From an uncultured virus (IMG/VR IMGVR_UViG_3300022879_000001) (taxonomy: Duplodnaviria; Heunggongvirae; Uroviricota; Caudoviricetes), in the IMG/VR virus record IMGVR_UViG_3300022879_000001: a DNA stretch of 64,000 nt. The stretch is one strand, 5' to 3'. A model generated the notes under the pieces. The model was not told where the DNA came from. It made no database searches and worked only from the letters and a program-made list of their open reading frames with translations. Made by a program: the position numbers and the translations under genes. Shown one piece after another: positions 51,184-61,071 of this stretch; positions within the stretch are counted from its first letter, which is position 1; every line of letters starts with the position of its first letter.

Positions 51184-52196
51184 TGTTTGCTGTACCATTT
51201 TCAGTTTTATCAATTAATCAAATGGAAGCATCTGCAAAATGGTACGATAAATTTAATCCAGTATCAGAACAATCTAAACAAGACTTAAATAACATAATAA
51301 AGGATATAACCGATACCATAAGTTGGATTAAGAATATTAAGCAAAATTTAATTGAGATATCATCAGATTTAATTATTTGGGTATTTGAGACGTTATCTAA
51401 AGTTATTCTCCATACTCCTTCATTTTTATTTAATTCAGACTGGTTTAAAAGTAATGTAACTACATTCAGTGGATTAAGTATTCTCATGGTAATTATACTT
51501 TGCATGTATGAAGGACTACAACGAATGTCTGGTGACTTAATTAAAAATAAGGACACTACAGATATGAAACGAATAATTAAACGTTTCCCTTTAGTAGTAA
51601 TTGGTTCAGCGTTAGCTCCTAGTGTATTTTACTATACATTTAAAGGACTAAATAAATTAACTGATATAATAGTAGACTTCGGCAAACACCAAATGGATAA
51701 GGGAATTAGTCAAATTGCATTAAACGATATCACCTTACTTCAAGTTGTTGGGTTGATAGGATTTGACATTGCATTGATTTCTGTGCTAATCCCGATACTC
51801 TTACAGAATTTTAGGCGTTGGTTTGATTTATTAGCATTAGGTGTTATGACTCCATTAGTATTAGCTTGTTGGGTATTTAAGGCTCATGAAAACTTATTCT
51901 ATACTTGGTGGGAGTATATTAAGAAATGTGCATCAACTCAATTGGTATACGCTATATTTCTATTATTAATTGGTACATTGTTATTTGGTACTAAATTACC
52001 TAACAACGGATGGGACATCATGATTCAGATGGGTATTATTATAGGTGGACTATGGAGAATGAATAATCCTCCGAATATTATTTCTAGACATGTCGATAAA
52101 GGAGCTAATATTAAGAGTATGTGGGAAGGGGCATATACCGTTATTAGACCATTGAGAATGATTAATAAGAAGAAACCAAAGGTGATGAAAAAATGA
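51183..52196 (+). CDS. Polytopic membrane protein, VirB6/TrbL-like
   Basis: Multiple TMs; R.FDL..L....PL..ACW.F......F..WW motif. Confidence 0.55.
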   Translation: MFAVPFSVLSINQMEASAKWYDKFNPVSEQSKQDLNNIIKDITDTISWIKNIKQNLIEISSDLIIWVFETLSKVILHTPSFLFNSDWFKSNVTTFSGLSILMVIILCMYEGLQRMSGDLIKNKDTTDMKRIIKRFPLVVIGSALAPSVFYYTFKGLNKLTDIIVDFGKHQMDKGISQIALNDITLLQVVGLIGFDIALISVLIPILLQNFRRWFDLLALGVMTPLVLACWVFKAHENLFYTWWEYIKKCASTQLVYAIFLLLIGTLLFGTKLPNNGWDIMIQMGIIIGGLWRMNNPPNIISRHVDKGANIKSMWEGAYTVIRPLRMINKKKPKVMKK

Positions 52197-54484
52197 TGCT
52201 AAATAGGTTAATTAATCCTAGTGTTATCAAGAATGATAAATACGTTGATTATTTTATAAGCTCATTAACTATTGATCAATCAAAAGAAATCATATCATCA
52301 TTTATAGATGGAGTATTTGGAGTGGAAGTTTTAAGAATATTTAATCAGCAATCAATTACTTTCTTTTCTCAACCTAATTATGAATGTAAATTAACAACAA
52401 TTAACAATAACTCAGCACAATATTTAAACTCAAATTCTGAGAATACTACTTTTGCACAACTTTATTTATCTAAACCTTCAATGTTTCCTATTGAAATGAA
52501 CTCTTCTACAACTTTCTTTGAACTAATTAATTCAATTATACCTTCACACATTAACTATAAATATCAGTTACTTCTTGTATACAGACAAGATAACTGGAGA
52601 GATAAGATCGTAGAACAGTATAATGACTATCTAAATGGAGTCCAAAATCCTTCTGACAATGGCTTATTTAGAAAAATACAAAGAAATGTTACAGAGAAAA
52701 TGGATGCATTATTGAAATGGGAGCAAAATCATTCTGAAATTAAAGAGGTTAGACAGAAATTAGAAGAAAATGGATTTAGATTCAACATTAGATCAGCTCT
52801 AATTGGAGGTAATAAGCTAGAAAGAGAGTATTCTATATTGAAGATTAAAGACGCAGTAAATAACTATTCCTATACAAATGAATGGTTAGTTGATTACAAA
52901 ATTGATTTTAAATATGGATCAGAAATGTTTAATAAACGGATATTGGATTATCAATCTAAAAATCATACATTGTCAGAGTCTGAAATACTTCCATTTTTTG
53001 TTTTTGAAAACAAGATGCAAGTTAACGAAAACATATCTCAAATTGATAAAGAGGTTGAAGCAATCAAGTCAGAATCAAATAATTTAATTAAATTGCTACC
53101 TAAAGGAAGTGGCATCAAACAATTTGATGGTAGTGGATTAGCTGATAAATTTATAACTGCATTGAAGGAATTGAAGCAGTTCAGAGGAAATATGGAAATG
53201 ATAAAATGTCAATCAGGTTCAACCTCAATGAAGATAACATTTAAGATACCTAAACAATTAAAGTTTTCAGAAATAAATAAGTCCAATGTGATAAGTGATA
53301 TTAAAATAAGAATGGGAATTAAGCATTTACAAATCAAACAAGGGGTGGATGTAGGTGAAATTGACATAGTGCTACCTTTAGAAAAAAGACAGAAGGTGTT
53401 CTTGGGAGATTACATTGATAATGAAGAATTTAAAGAGTACGCTAACAATCATCCATTACCTTTCCTTGTTGGAGTAGATGAAGTAAGTAGTCCTATTTAT
53501 AGCTGTATAAGTAAAATCAAACATTTGCTAGTCGCAGGAAGTACTGGATCAGGAAAAAGTGTGTGGCTCAATCAACTAATTTTAACACTTCTTATGATTA
53601 AAAATCAGTCTGAATTACAAATGATTATGATAGATATTAAACAAACTGAATTAGTATTATTTGAAAAATTTCCTCATGTACAATCAGTAATTACTGATGC
53701 AGATAAAGCGATTAGTATACTCAAACAACTTATCAATGAAATGAATAGACGATATGAATTGTTTAAGAATGCAGAGGTTAAAAATATTGGCTTATACAAT
53801 AAGAAATCTAAAAATAAACTTCCGTACATTTTGTGCATTATAGACGAATATGCAGAATTAACTAGTAGAAATAATGATATTCATTCCTATATCCAATCAT
53901 TAACTCAGCTCTCTCGTGCTTGTGGTATTCATCTAATCATCGCAACTCAACGACCAAGTGTTGACTTGATAAACGGAACAATAAAAGCTAATTTACCTAG
54001 TAAGATTGGATTTAGATGTGCTAATAAACGTAGTTATTTAACATTCCTAAATTCTTCACCAAAATTCGAACTATTAGGTAATGGTGATGGAGTAATGGAT
54101 TTTGAAGGTCAATCTGATGAACATGTAAGATTTCAAGGTTGCTTAATTGTAGATGATCCATATGATGAAAATTTAGAGAGTAAGTTAACAAATAGAATAG
54201 CAGAAAGTATTAAAGGTGAAGGTGTTAATATGAAGCTACCTGAAGTAGAGGAATCCGAAGAAGAAAGTGATTTGGGTAGGTTGAAACGAGTAATTACTGC
54301 TACAGGCGAAACAAGAGTATCTCCTTTACGTAATATGATGAAAATAAATATAAATAAATTAAATGACTTGATGAGAGATTTAGTGGAAGAAGGGTGGTTG
54401 GAATCTCCAAAGACTAAACAATCAGGATATAGGCTAGTTGTGAGTGAAGATGAAATTATGAAGTGGAGAGATAATAAAAAATAG
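52193..54484 (+). CDS. FtsK/SpoIIIE-family DNA translocase
   Basis: HLLVAGSTGSGKS, IDIK..EL, IIDEYAEL, RACGIHLIIATQRPS, LLGNGD; C-terminal wHTH. Confidence 0.9.
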   Translation: MMLNRLINPSVIKNDKYVDYFISSLTIDQSKEIISSFIDGVFGVEVLRIFNQQSITFFSQPNYECKLTTINNNSAQYLNSNSENTTFAQLYLSKPSMFPIEMNSSTTFFELINSIIPSHINYKYQLLLVYRQDNWRDKIVEQYNDYLNGVQNPSDNGLFRKIQRNVTEKMDALLKWEQNHSEIKEVRQKLEENGFRFNIRSALIGGNKLEREYSILKIKDAVNNYSYTNEWLVDYKIDFKYGSEMFNKRILDYQSKNHTLSESEILPFFVFENKMQVNENISQIDKEVEAIKSESNNLIKLLPKGSGIKQFDGSGLADKFITALKELKQFRGNMEMIKCQSGSTSMKITFKIPKQLKFSEINKSNVISDIKIRMGIKHLQIKQGVDVGEIDIVLPLEKRQKVFLGDYIDNEEFKEYANNHPLPFLVGVDEVSSPIYSCISKIKHLLVAGSTGSGKSVWLNQLILTLLMIKNQSELQMIMIDIKQTELVLFEKFPHVQSVITDADKAISILKQLINEMNRRYELFKNAEVKNIGLYNKKSKNKLPYILCIIDEYAELTSRNNDIHSYIQSLTQLSRACGIHLIIATQRPSVDLINGTIKANLPSKIGFRCANKRSYLTFLNSSPKFELLGNGDGVMDFEGQSDEHVRFQGCLIVDDPYDENLESKLTNRIAESIKGEGVNMKLPEVEESEEESDLGRLKRVITATGETRVSPLRNMMKININKLNDLMRDLVEEGWLESPKTKQSGYRLVVSEDEIMKWRDNKK

Positions 54485-54714
54485 GTGCAATCAGGGGATT
54501 TAAAGGGGTGGTGATTGCAAGCGTAATATTTTTGTAAAAAATATGTAGCCAGTCTTTTCCACCCCTTTACGGTCTTATGTATTTATGTTTTTAAAGTAAT
54601 GTTGACCAATTTGAACATTCTATTAGTAATTGTATATTCAAACCAAACTTAAAAAATGTCACTTATTCTATGCTAGTACTTGTATATACTATGAAAGATA
54701 ATAGGTGACATTTT

Positions 54715-55752
54715 TTAATGAAATAATGCTTCAATCTCGTCAAATTGATATTGATTTAATTCAGAAGTATGTAGATTTAAGTCTATCATTGGTGTATCAA
54801 TATTCAATAAGGTATCAGCTAATGTTTCCATATGTGGGATGTAATTATTATCAAATCTAATATCCATCATTTTTGATGAATTGAAAAAGTTAGCTTGTCT
54901 TATCTTAGCGTTTTCTAATGAATTATCAATGATCAAGCTATTTAATTCTTTTTTATTTTCATCTCGCATGATTTTACTCAACATTAACGAAACTAAACTT
55001 TCTTTTTCATAGTCAATAAACTTTTTATTAATAATGATTTCATAAGCATTGTAATAGTATTCGATATCTGTTGTTTCAGTTAATTTATCTTTTACTTCTG
55101 TCTTAAACATGTTCCAATGCCTGCTTTTTCTAATGCTATTCATATCTTCGTATCCAAGACTTATTAGTACTTCTTTCTCAATTTCCATAATTTTAACTAT
55201 TTCAAATTCAGTAGCAACTCTGTTATGTATTGAATCAACAGTTTTTAGTTTCTTAATAGTTGTGTAATGAATTACCCTTTTTGATTCTAAGTCATTTAAT
55301 GCTGTTTTAATAATACTCTTAAAATTGCTATTGTTAACATTGTAGAAATCATAAATGAATCTAACGTCCATATTAAGGTAATTGGATAGTTTACTTAGAT
55401 TTGAATTACCTAAGCTATAATTTTCATTTGTTATCCCTAAAGCCTTCATAAGTTTACTTTTACTGATTGTGATTTTACCATTTTTATATCCTAATAAATC
55501 TAAAAGCAATAACTGTATTGCATCACCATAAATAGATTTTCTACCTCTAGTTTCGACTTTTTCAATTTCTAAATCATAAACTTCATCAATTATAAATTTA
55601 TGACCTTGTTTAGAATATCTTATGTATCTTTCCCAATCTTTAATTTGAAGTTGTTTTGATTTTCCACTAACAACTTCTTGTTCTAAAATAGCACACATCT
55701 CTTTGTAATTCTTTACCACTTGTCCTACTTCTAACTGTTTAAATTTATTCAT
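54715..55752 (-). CDS. Hypothetical DNA-binding protein (possible replication initiator)
   Basis: 345 aa; KNYKEMC.IL...GKSK..Q N-terminus; followed by a 17-bp inverted repeat. Confidence 0.45.
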   Translation of the reverse strand: MNKFKQLEVGQVVKNYKEMCAILEQEVVSGKSKQLQIKDWERYIRYSKQGHKFIIDEVYDLEIEKVETRGRKSIYGDAIQLLLLDLLGYKNGKITISKSKLMKALGITNENYSLGNSNLSKLSNYLNMDVRFIYDFYNVNNSNFKSIIKTALNDLESKRVIHYTTIKKLKTVDSIHNRVATEFEIVKIMEIEKEVLISLGYEDMNSIRKSRHWNMFKTEVKDKLTETTDIEYYYNAYEIIINKKFIDYEKESLVSLMLSKIMRDENKKELNSLIIDNSLENAKIRQANFFNSSKMMDIRFDNNYIPHMETLADTLLNIDTPMIDLNLHTSELNQYQFDEIEALFH

Positions 55753-55777
55753 CGTAATGTTTAATTCTCCTTATTCT

Positions 55778-55969
55778 TTATGTATTTCTGTATTTTTTAG
55801 TTGTCTTGTTAATTAGTGATAATACTTCCTGTAACTTTTCACTGTTTTCAAAGCTATACACAATTCCACCGTCATTTTTCTTGTCTGGGAATGTATAATA
55901 CGGAATGCCTGATAAAAAGTGAATTGTCTTAGCATAATTATCAGATTGAACAATGTAATATTTTTTCAT
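55778..55969 (-). CDS. Small hypothetical protein
   Basis: GGAG RBS, 63 aa. Confidence 0.6.
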   Translation of the reverse strand: MKKYYIVQSDNYAKTIHFLSGIPYYTFPDKKNDGGIVYSFENSEKLQEVLSLINKTTKKYRNT

Positions 55970-56174
55970 AATGACTTCTCCATTTCTGTTTATAAATAAT
56001 AAAACCCCTACAACTATTAAGAAGTAGGGGAGGTGAATATTTGTATAAAATTAGTGTTAATTTGATGTTATATAATATGTATTTGATTAAAATGCTAATC
56101 ATGTATCGATGAAACATGTGTAATTATTCCTAAAAAAAAAGACTACCTCAATTAAGAGATAGTCATCTAATTAC

Positions 56175-56657
56175 TTATTTGTTTTTAGGTAGTTTTAACG
56201 TTTTCTTAGGTTTTGGAATTTCGATAATATCTATAGGCTCAAATGCTTTAAGATACCCACCTTTAGCACCATAATTCCTTTTTACTACTAGTATATACTC
56301 TGTATTTATTTTAGGTTTTCCTGTAAATTTGCTTTCCCATAAGCTTACAGGAACTCCTCTATCATGAGTTTTCTTTTCTCCATTTGGATTAACATAATCA
56401 TCCTTAAAATTATAACAATCAACAGTACCATCCATTTTAACTAATTTGTCTATATCATCTTTGTTGATATAAATTTTAGAAAATATCATATTTTCTTCAT
56501 AACCATCAACTAAATACTCTTCAATATACTTGTTGTAAGTTGTATCAGTCTCTGGGTAAATTCTTTCTGCATTAGCAATTTGATTACCTGTGAATAACAA
56601 TCCAGTTGTAAGTCCTACTGTTAATAATACTTTTTTCATAATACCTTCACCCTCCAT
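56175..56657 (-). CDS. Secreted protein
   Basis: Signal peptide MKKVLLTVGLTTGLLF...ANA. Confidence 0.65.
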   Translation of the reverse strand: MEGEGIMKKVLLTVGLTTGLLFTGNQIANAERIYPETDTTYNKYIEEYLVDGYEENMIFSKIYINKDDIDKLVKMDGTVDCYNFKDDYVNPNGEKKTHDRGVPVSLWESKFTGKPKINTEYILVVKRNYGAKGGYLKAFEPIDIIEIPKPKKTLKLPKNK

Positions 56658-56726
56658 TAAACATATCTATATACTTATATTGTATACTGTTTCGAAGATA
56701 AAGTTAACAATTTTATTGAAAATATT

Positions 56727-57428
56727 TTACTCTTTTGTACCTATGATGGAAGCATAACCAATTACTTTATCGTTCAACATCTTCTTACTTGCTAATTCGG
56801 CATCTTTTTGACATGTGTATTTTCCAGATTTCAGACGATAGCCATCTTTATCATTGCCAAATACTTCAGCATATTTCAGATAACCTTGCTTAACAAAATC
56901 CTTTTCAGCCTTATATGCATCTGCTTTACATTTAAATTTATCGGTATGTATTCTGTATGCAGTACTCTGATCTTGAATATTGTAACCTAACTTTTTAGTC
57001 CAATCTTCTTTTGGTTTAGAAGGCGAGATAGGCTTAGCTTTACCAAATGTATCTGTCCCATAACCTTTATATTCATATTGCAAGTGTGGAGCATCCCACC
57101 CCCAATCACGACCACTGACAAATCCAATTGATTTTGCATAATTTATAACTTTGTCTGCATTTGGTGTATGATAAGAGTTCCATAATGCATTTTTTTTAGA
57201 ATCTACTAAAACCCAATCTAATGCCTGACCAACAATGTGATATGATTTCATTGTCTGTGAAGCACCTTTTGCTACATTAGTTTTTTGTTGTTCTACTGAA
57301 CGAATAGTTTCATATATTAAAACTTCAATTCCGTTACTAATACAATATTGATACCATTTGTAAGCTAAGTTTTTAGTATTATCTGCTAACTTGTTAAGAT
57401 TTTCTCTATTACGTTTATCATAAATCAT
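56727..57428 (-). CDS. Endolysin, M15 L-Ala-D-Glu peptidase with two C-terminal binding repeats
   Basis: ETIRS..QQ, SYH..GQALD, WDAPHLQ; repeated YR.....F/Y.C..DA. Confidence 0.88.
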   Translation of the reverse strand: MIYDKRNRENLNKLADNTKNLAYKWYQYCISNGIEVLIYETIRSVEQQKTNVAKGASQTMKSYHIVGQALDWVLVDSKKNALWNSYHTPNADKVINYAKSIGFVSGRDWGWDAPHLQYEYKGYGTDTFGKAKPISPSKPKEDWTKKLGYNIQDQSTAYRIHTDKFKCKADAYKAEKDFVKQGYLKYAEVFGNDKDGYRLKSGKYTCQKDAELASKKMLNDKVIGYASIIGTKE

Positions 57429-57441
57429 AGTTATCTACTCC

Positions 57442-57702
57442 TTATTTACGTTCATTTAATTTCAATACTTGTTCATTATCAGAAATGCCTTTTGATGTAT
57501 TATCAACAACTACACCAAGCAAACCTAAAATTAATAGGACGGTTTCACTGATATTTGTAATTTCTTGAGATATTAAAGTAATGTCATAACCAAATACACC
57601 TGCAATTTGATTTGCAAGTACTAACAATAATGCAATAAATGATGTTACAAATTGTTTTGATTGAAAGCGAATTTTCCAGTTGATTTTATTCATATTTATC
57701 AT
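57442..57702 (-). CDS. Holin (phiLC3-like)
   Basis: INWKIRF.SK.F...LG++.D.T.KG.SD. Confidence 0.88.
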   Translation of the reverse strand: MINMNKINWKIRFQSKQFVTSFIALLLVLANQIAGVFGYDITLISQEITNISETVLLILGLLGVVVDNTSKGISDNEQVLKLNERK

Positions 57703-57722
57703 TTCCTTTCTTATACGTTTAT

Positions 57723-58139
57723 TTACTGTAATCCTATGTAAGCTAATAATGCAGCTAAAATAGCTATTCCAATGTACTTAGGTGCATCTTTTGAGATGAA
57801 TTCAATTACATCAAACTTACCTCTATCACTGTTTTGAATGTTGTTTTCTCTTACATCTTTTAATTCATTTTCTAGACTGTTCAAATCTTCTCTCATTTCA
57901 TCTGAAGATGTATTTAAATTAGTTAGATTCGAGTTAATACTTGTTAGCGTATTGGAGAATTCTTTCATTTGTAATTGGTTATCCTTAACTAAACCTATCA
58001 ATGTATCTTGATTTGCTGTTAGGCGATGAATTGCTACATTATCATCTTTTAATCTATTAATTTCATCCTTGTGATCTTCAATGATGGCTTCTGCCCTAGC
58101 CAATCTTTCTCCGTATATTTCATTACTCAATTTAATCAC
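57723..58139 (-). CDS. Coiled-coil protein with C-terminal TM (XhlA-like lysis accessory)
   Basis: ERLARAE N-terminus, C-terminal TM; upstream of the holin. Confidence 0.55.
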   Translation of the reverse strand: MIKLSNEIYGERLARAEAIIEDHKDEINRLKDDNVAIHRLTANQDTLIGLVKDNQLQMKEFSNTLTSINSNLTNLNTSSDEMREDLNSLENELKDVRENNIQNSDRGKFDVIEFISKDAPKYIGIAILAALLAYIGLQ

Positions 58140-58318
58140 CGACTTTTATTAAAATAATAAAAGAGTAGGAGAGAACTAGCTCACACCTACTCTAAACTGA
58201 ATTTCCTGATTCACTTTTAATTCGTTGTATATTGATACATTAAATATTTATTTATACACATATTATTCAGTGTTTTTGTATGAATATACATGTAATTTTA
58301 AATAATATGTGTATTTTA

Positions 58319-58804
58319 TTAAATTATAATTTCCTCATCTTTACTAAATGTATCTGGTTTAGTACGTAAGTCAGTCATGATTTTTTCAATGCGTTTTTCA
58401 ACAGTATCTGCGTAAGCTTCTGCAATTGTTTGTGTTTTATCACCAAAGTCAACCTCACTAAATGATTTAGAGAATGGAATGTCAATAGGGAAGATTTTAT
58501 ACTTTGACCCTAGACGTAATAATACTTCTTCTTTTTCAGTAGGTACTGTAACATCCTTATAAGTAGGGTTTCCTTCACCGTCTAAAACTGGATTTCCAGA
58601 TTCATCAGTTACAGGAACTTTAGTAACTACATTTTCAATTGTAACTTTAACAATATCTCCTGCGATATCTAATTTTTGAGGTACAGCGTCCTTGATTAAT
58701 TCCTGTTCATTTGTATCTAATGTTACTGACTTCACTTCTACATTAAAAATACCATTCTCTTTATTACGTACAATGTTTAATTTCATAAATATTAGTTCCT
58801 CCAA
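58319..58804 (-). CDS. Hypothetical late-region protein
   Basis: ORF with GGAGG RBS. Confidence 0.65.
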   Translation of the reverse strand: MEELIFMKLNIVRNKENGIFNVEVKSVTLDTNEQELIKDAVPQKLDIAGDIVKVTIENVVTKVPVTDESGNPVLDGEGNPTYKDVTVPTEKEEVLLRLGSKYKIFPIDIPFSKSFSEVDFGDKTQTIAEAYADTVEKRIEKIMTDLRTKPDTFSKDEEIII

Positions 58805-58830
58805 ATACTATGTATTTTATTATTTAATAG

Positions 58831-59133
58831 CTATTTACAATTAGAATTGTCTACAACTTCATCTGACATGACCTCCTTAGTAACTCTCTGAAGGATTCTG
58901 ATAATCTCTAAAATTTCTTTAGTAGTATAACATTTTGTGATTACATTACTTAATCTTTCATCATGTATAGATATTTCTATATAGCGATGAAAGATTGACT
59001 CATTGGAATCTACAACCTCTTTAATAACGGGGGTTATAATTTGATAAATGTCTTTATGAATAGGGATTTTAACAGATTCAATTTGTTGGTCGAAATGAGT
59101 GTATTTTACATTAATGTTAGACAAATTTTTCAC
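58831..59133 (-). CDS. Hypothetical protein
   Basis: N-terminus duplicated in 60703-60978. Confidence 0.6.
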   Translation of the reverse strand: MKNLSNINVKYTHFDQQIESVKIPIHKDIYQIITPVIKEVVDSNESIFHRYIEISIHDERLSNVITKCYTTKEILEIIRILQRVTKEVMSDEVVDNSNCK

Positions 59134-59148
59134 ATCCTTATATTATAA

Positions 59149-60597
59149 TTATACGATTTCACACTTACGTTTTTTGACAACATAATTAGTAAGACCTAAT
59201 TCTGAACCTAATTTTAAGTATTTCCTAACTGTAGTTCTACTTAACTTCACATTTTGAACAATTTCATTAATACTTAATTCAGCGTTCCACATTTCACTAA
59301 TTTCAAATACAATGTTTTTCGATGATTTTTCTGATATTTCTTGCCAATTAATCTTACTCAAATCAAACACATCGTTCAGCTTACTATTTAAAATAGAATT
59401 TTTAATCCAATTTAATTCAGATTTACGTGCATCTATAACTATATAATTTTCAATACCGTTTCCTATAGCCATATCATATTTGTGTTGATCATTTTCCTGT
59501 TCTTCTTCCAACGAACGTCCACCTAAAGTTGCAAAACTTCCATTATAATGCTGTATTCCATGCACTTCAATTATCATACTATAAGAAGGGATGTAAAAAT
59601 CATATCTTTTATTTTCTGACCATTCAAAAGATGTATCGTTGTGGAAATGTGGACATATTTTATTTAAAAAATTAGAAAATACTTTTTCAGGAAGAGACCT
59701 TCCATCGGAACACAACAGACACGACAATCCTTTATTTTTTATTTGAGATATAGTTTTATTTTTTAACATTTCACCACATTGTGAACATATCCAATCAGTA
59801 GAATAGCTACTTCCACTTTCAGTATATCTATATCCATCCTCAGGATTAGCAAGTAACGATGCTAATTCAGGATTAGTAGTCCACATGTCATTGAAACCTT
59901 TTAGTATTCTCTGATTAGTACAATATGGACAGCCATGTTCGTTGTTCCTATTATAAATTGTAGCATCCCATTCATGTCCTTTATCACATATCCACCAAAC
60001 TTTTTTATTGCTCTTATGCAATACGTCATATGGTGTTAAATCTTCATTCTTAGTTGGGTGCCATTCCTTTGCTAATTTAGGATTTTTAACTTTTAAATTA
60101 TTATATTCGCTAGCGTATCTTCCACTACAATATGAGCAACTATCTCCTCTTACCTTTGCATAAACTATTTGATGGTTAAAATTTTTACATTTATCACAAA
60201 TCCAAAATACTTTTTTATGACTTCCACAAGTAACATCATGAGGAGTTAAATCACCATTTAGCGTTGGATGCCATTGTGAAGCTATATCAGGTCGTAATGA
60301 TGCTAGAGAGTTAGTGGAATTTACTTTTTTACCTGCACAGTACGGACAAGAGATACTTGAAATCTTATTATAAACATACATATCATAACTACTTCCGCAA
60401 TCTTCGCAAAGCCACCAAGCTCTCTTAGCCATACCCTTAGTTATTTTCCAAATATCGTAACCTAACTCATCATTCTTATTAAAGTCCCACTCTACCCAAA
60501 GGTGAGGAAAGTGTTTCAACATAGCATTATCTTTCAAAATCTCAACCTTAGACAAATCTAATTCTTCACTTGTTTGATAATTTAAATAGTTTTTCAT
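59149..60597 (-). CDS. Zinc-ribbon repeat (DUF4379-like) PD-(D/E)XK nuclease, putative homing endonuclease
   Basis: Repeated P..A.EWHPTKN..LTP.DV...S.KKVWW.C...CPYC; RYDFYI..IIEVHG.QHY; C-terminal HTH. Confidence 0.8.
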   Translation of the reverse strand: MKNYLNYQTSEELDLSKVEILKDNAMLKHFPHLWVEWDFNKNDELGYDIWKITKGMAKRAWWLCEDCGSSYDMYVYNKISSISCPYCAGKKVNSTNSLASLRPDIASQWHPTLNGDLTPHDVTCGSHKKVFWICDKCKNFNHQIVYAKVRGDSCSYCSGRYASEYNNLKVKNPKLAKEWHPTKNEDLTPYDVLHKSNKKVWWICDKGHEWDATIYNRNNEHGCPYCTNQRILKGFNDMWTTNPELASLLANPEDGYRYTESGSSYSTDWICSQCGEMLKNKTISQIKNKGLSCLLCSDGRSLPEKVFSNFLNKICPHFHNDTSFEWSENKRYDFYIPSYSMIIEVHGIQHYNGSFATLGGRSLEEEQENDQHKYDMAIGNGIENYIVIDARKSELNWIKNSILNSKLNDVFDLSKINWQEISEKSSKNIVFEISEMWNAELSINEIVQNVKLSRTTVRKYLKLGSELGLTNYVVKKRKCEIV

Positions 60598-60702
60598 TTA
60601 ATCAATAGCCTCCATTTGATGTTTGTTAATTTGAATAAAATAAAAAGAGATTCCCAGAAATAATGAGAAATCTCTTTGAACTGATAGGTATTTAATTTGA
60701 TA

Positions 60703-60978
60703 TTATTTGGTATCTGCATATTCTTCACATGCTGTTAATAAATCTTCTGAACTATTGAAGATGAATATATTTCTATTTTCATTTCCTTTACGAGTAGACT
60801 TTTCCATACGCTTGATTACAAACCCACGTTGCATCAAATATCCTGCTAATTTCATTGAAAAGATAATGTGTTCTTTCTTAACGACAGGGGTAATTACTTG
60901 ATAGATATCTTTCTCGATTGGCACTTTTACTGATTGAATATTTTCATCATAGTTAAGATAATCAACTTGTACTGACAT
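60703..60978 (-). CDS. Chimeric protein with DUF5659-like C-terminus
   Basis: IFSMKLAGYLMQRGF...RNIFIF.S pattern. Confidence 0.55.
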   Translation of the reverse strand: MSVQVDYLNYDENIQSVKVPIEKDIYQVITPVVKKEHIIFSMKLAGYLMQRGFVIKRMEKSTRKGNENRNIFIFNSSEDLLTACEEYADTK

Positions 60979-61071
60979 CAGTTCACCTCCTAAAAATAAA
61001 ATAACCCTACCTCAATTAAGAAGTAGGGAAGGGGGATTATGTTAGATAATATTCTTGCTTTATGTAGTTTA

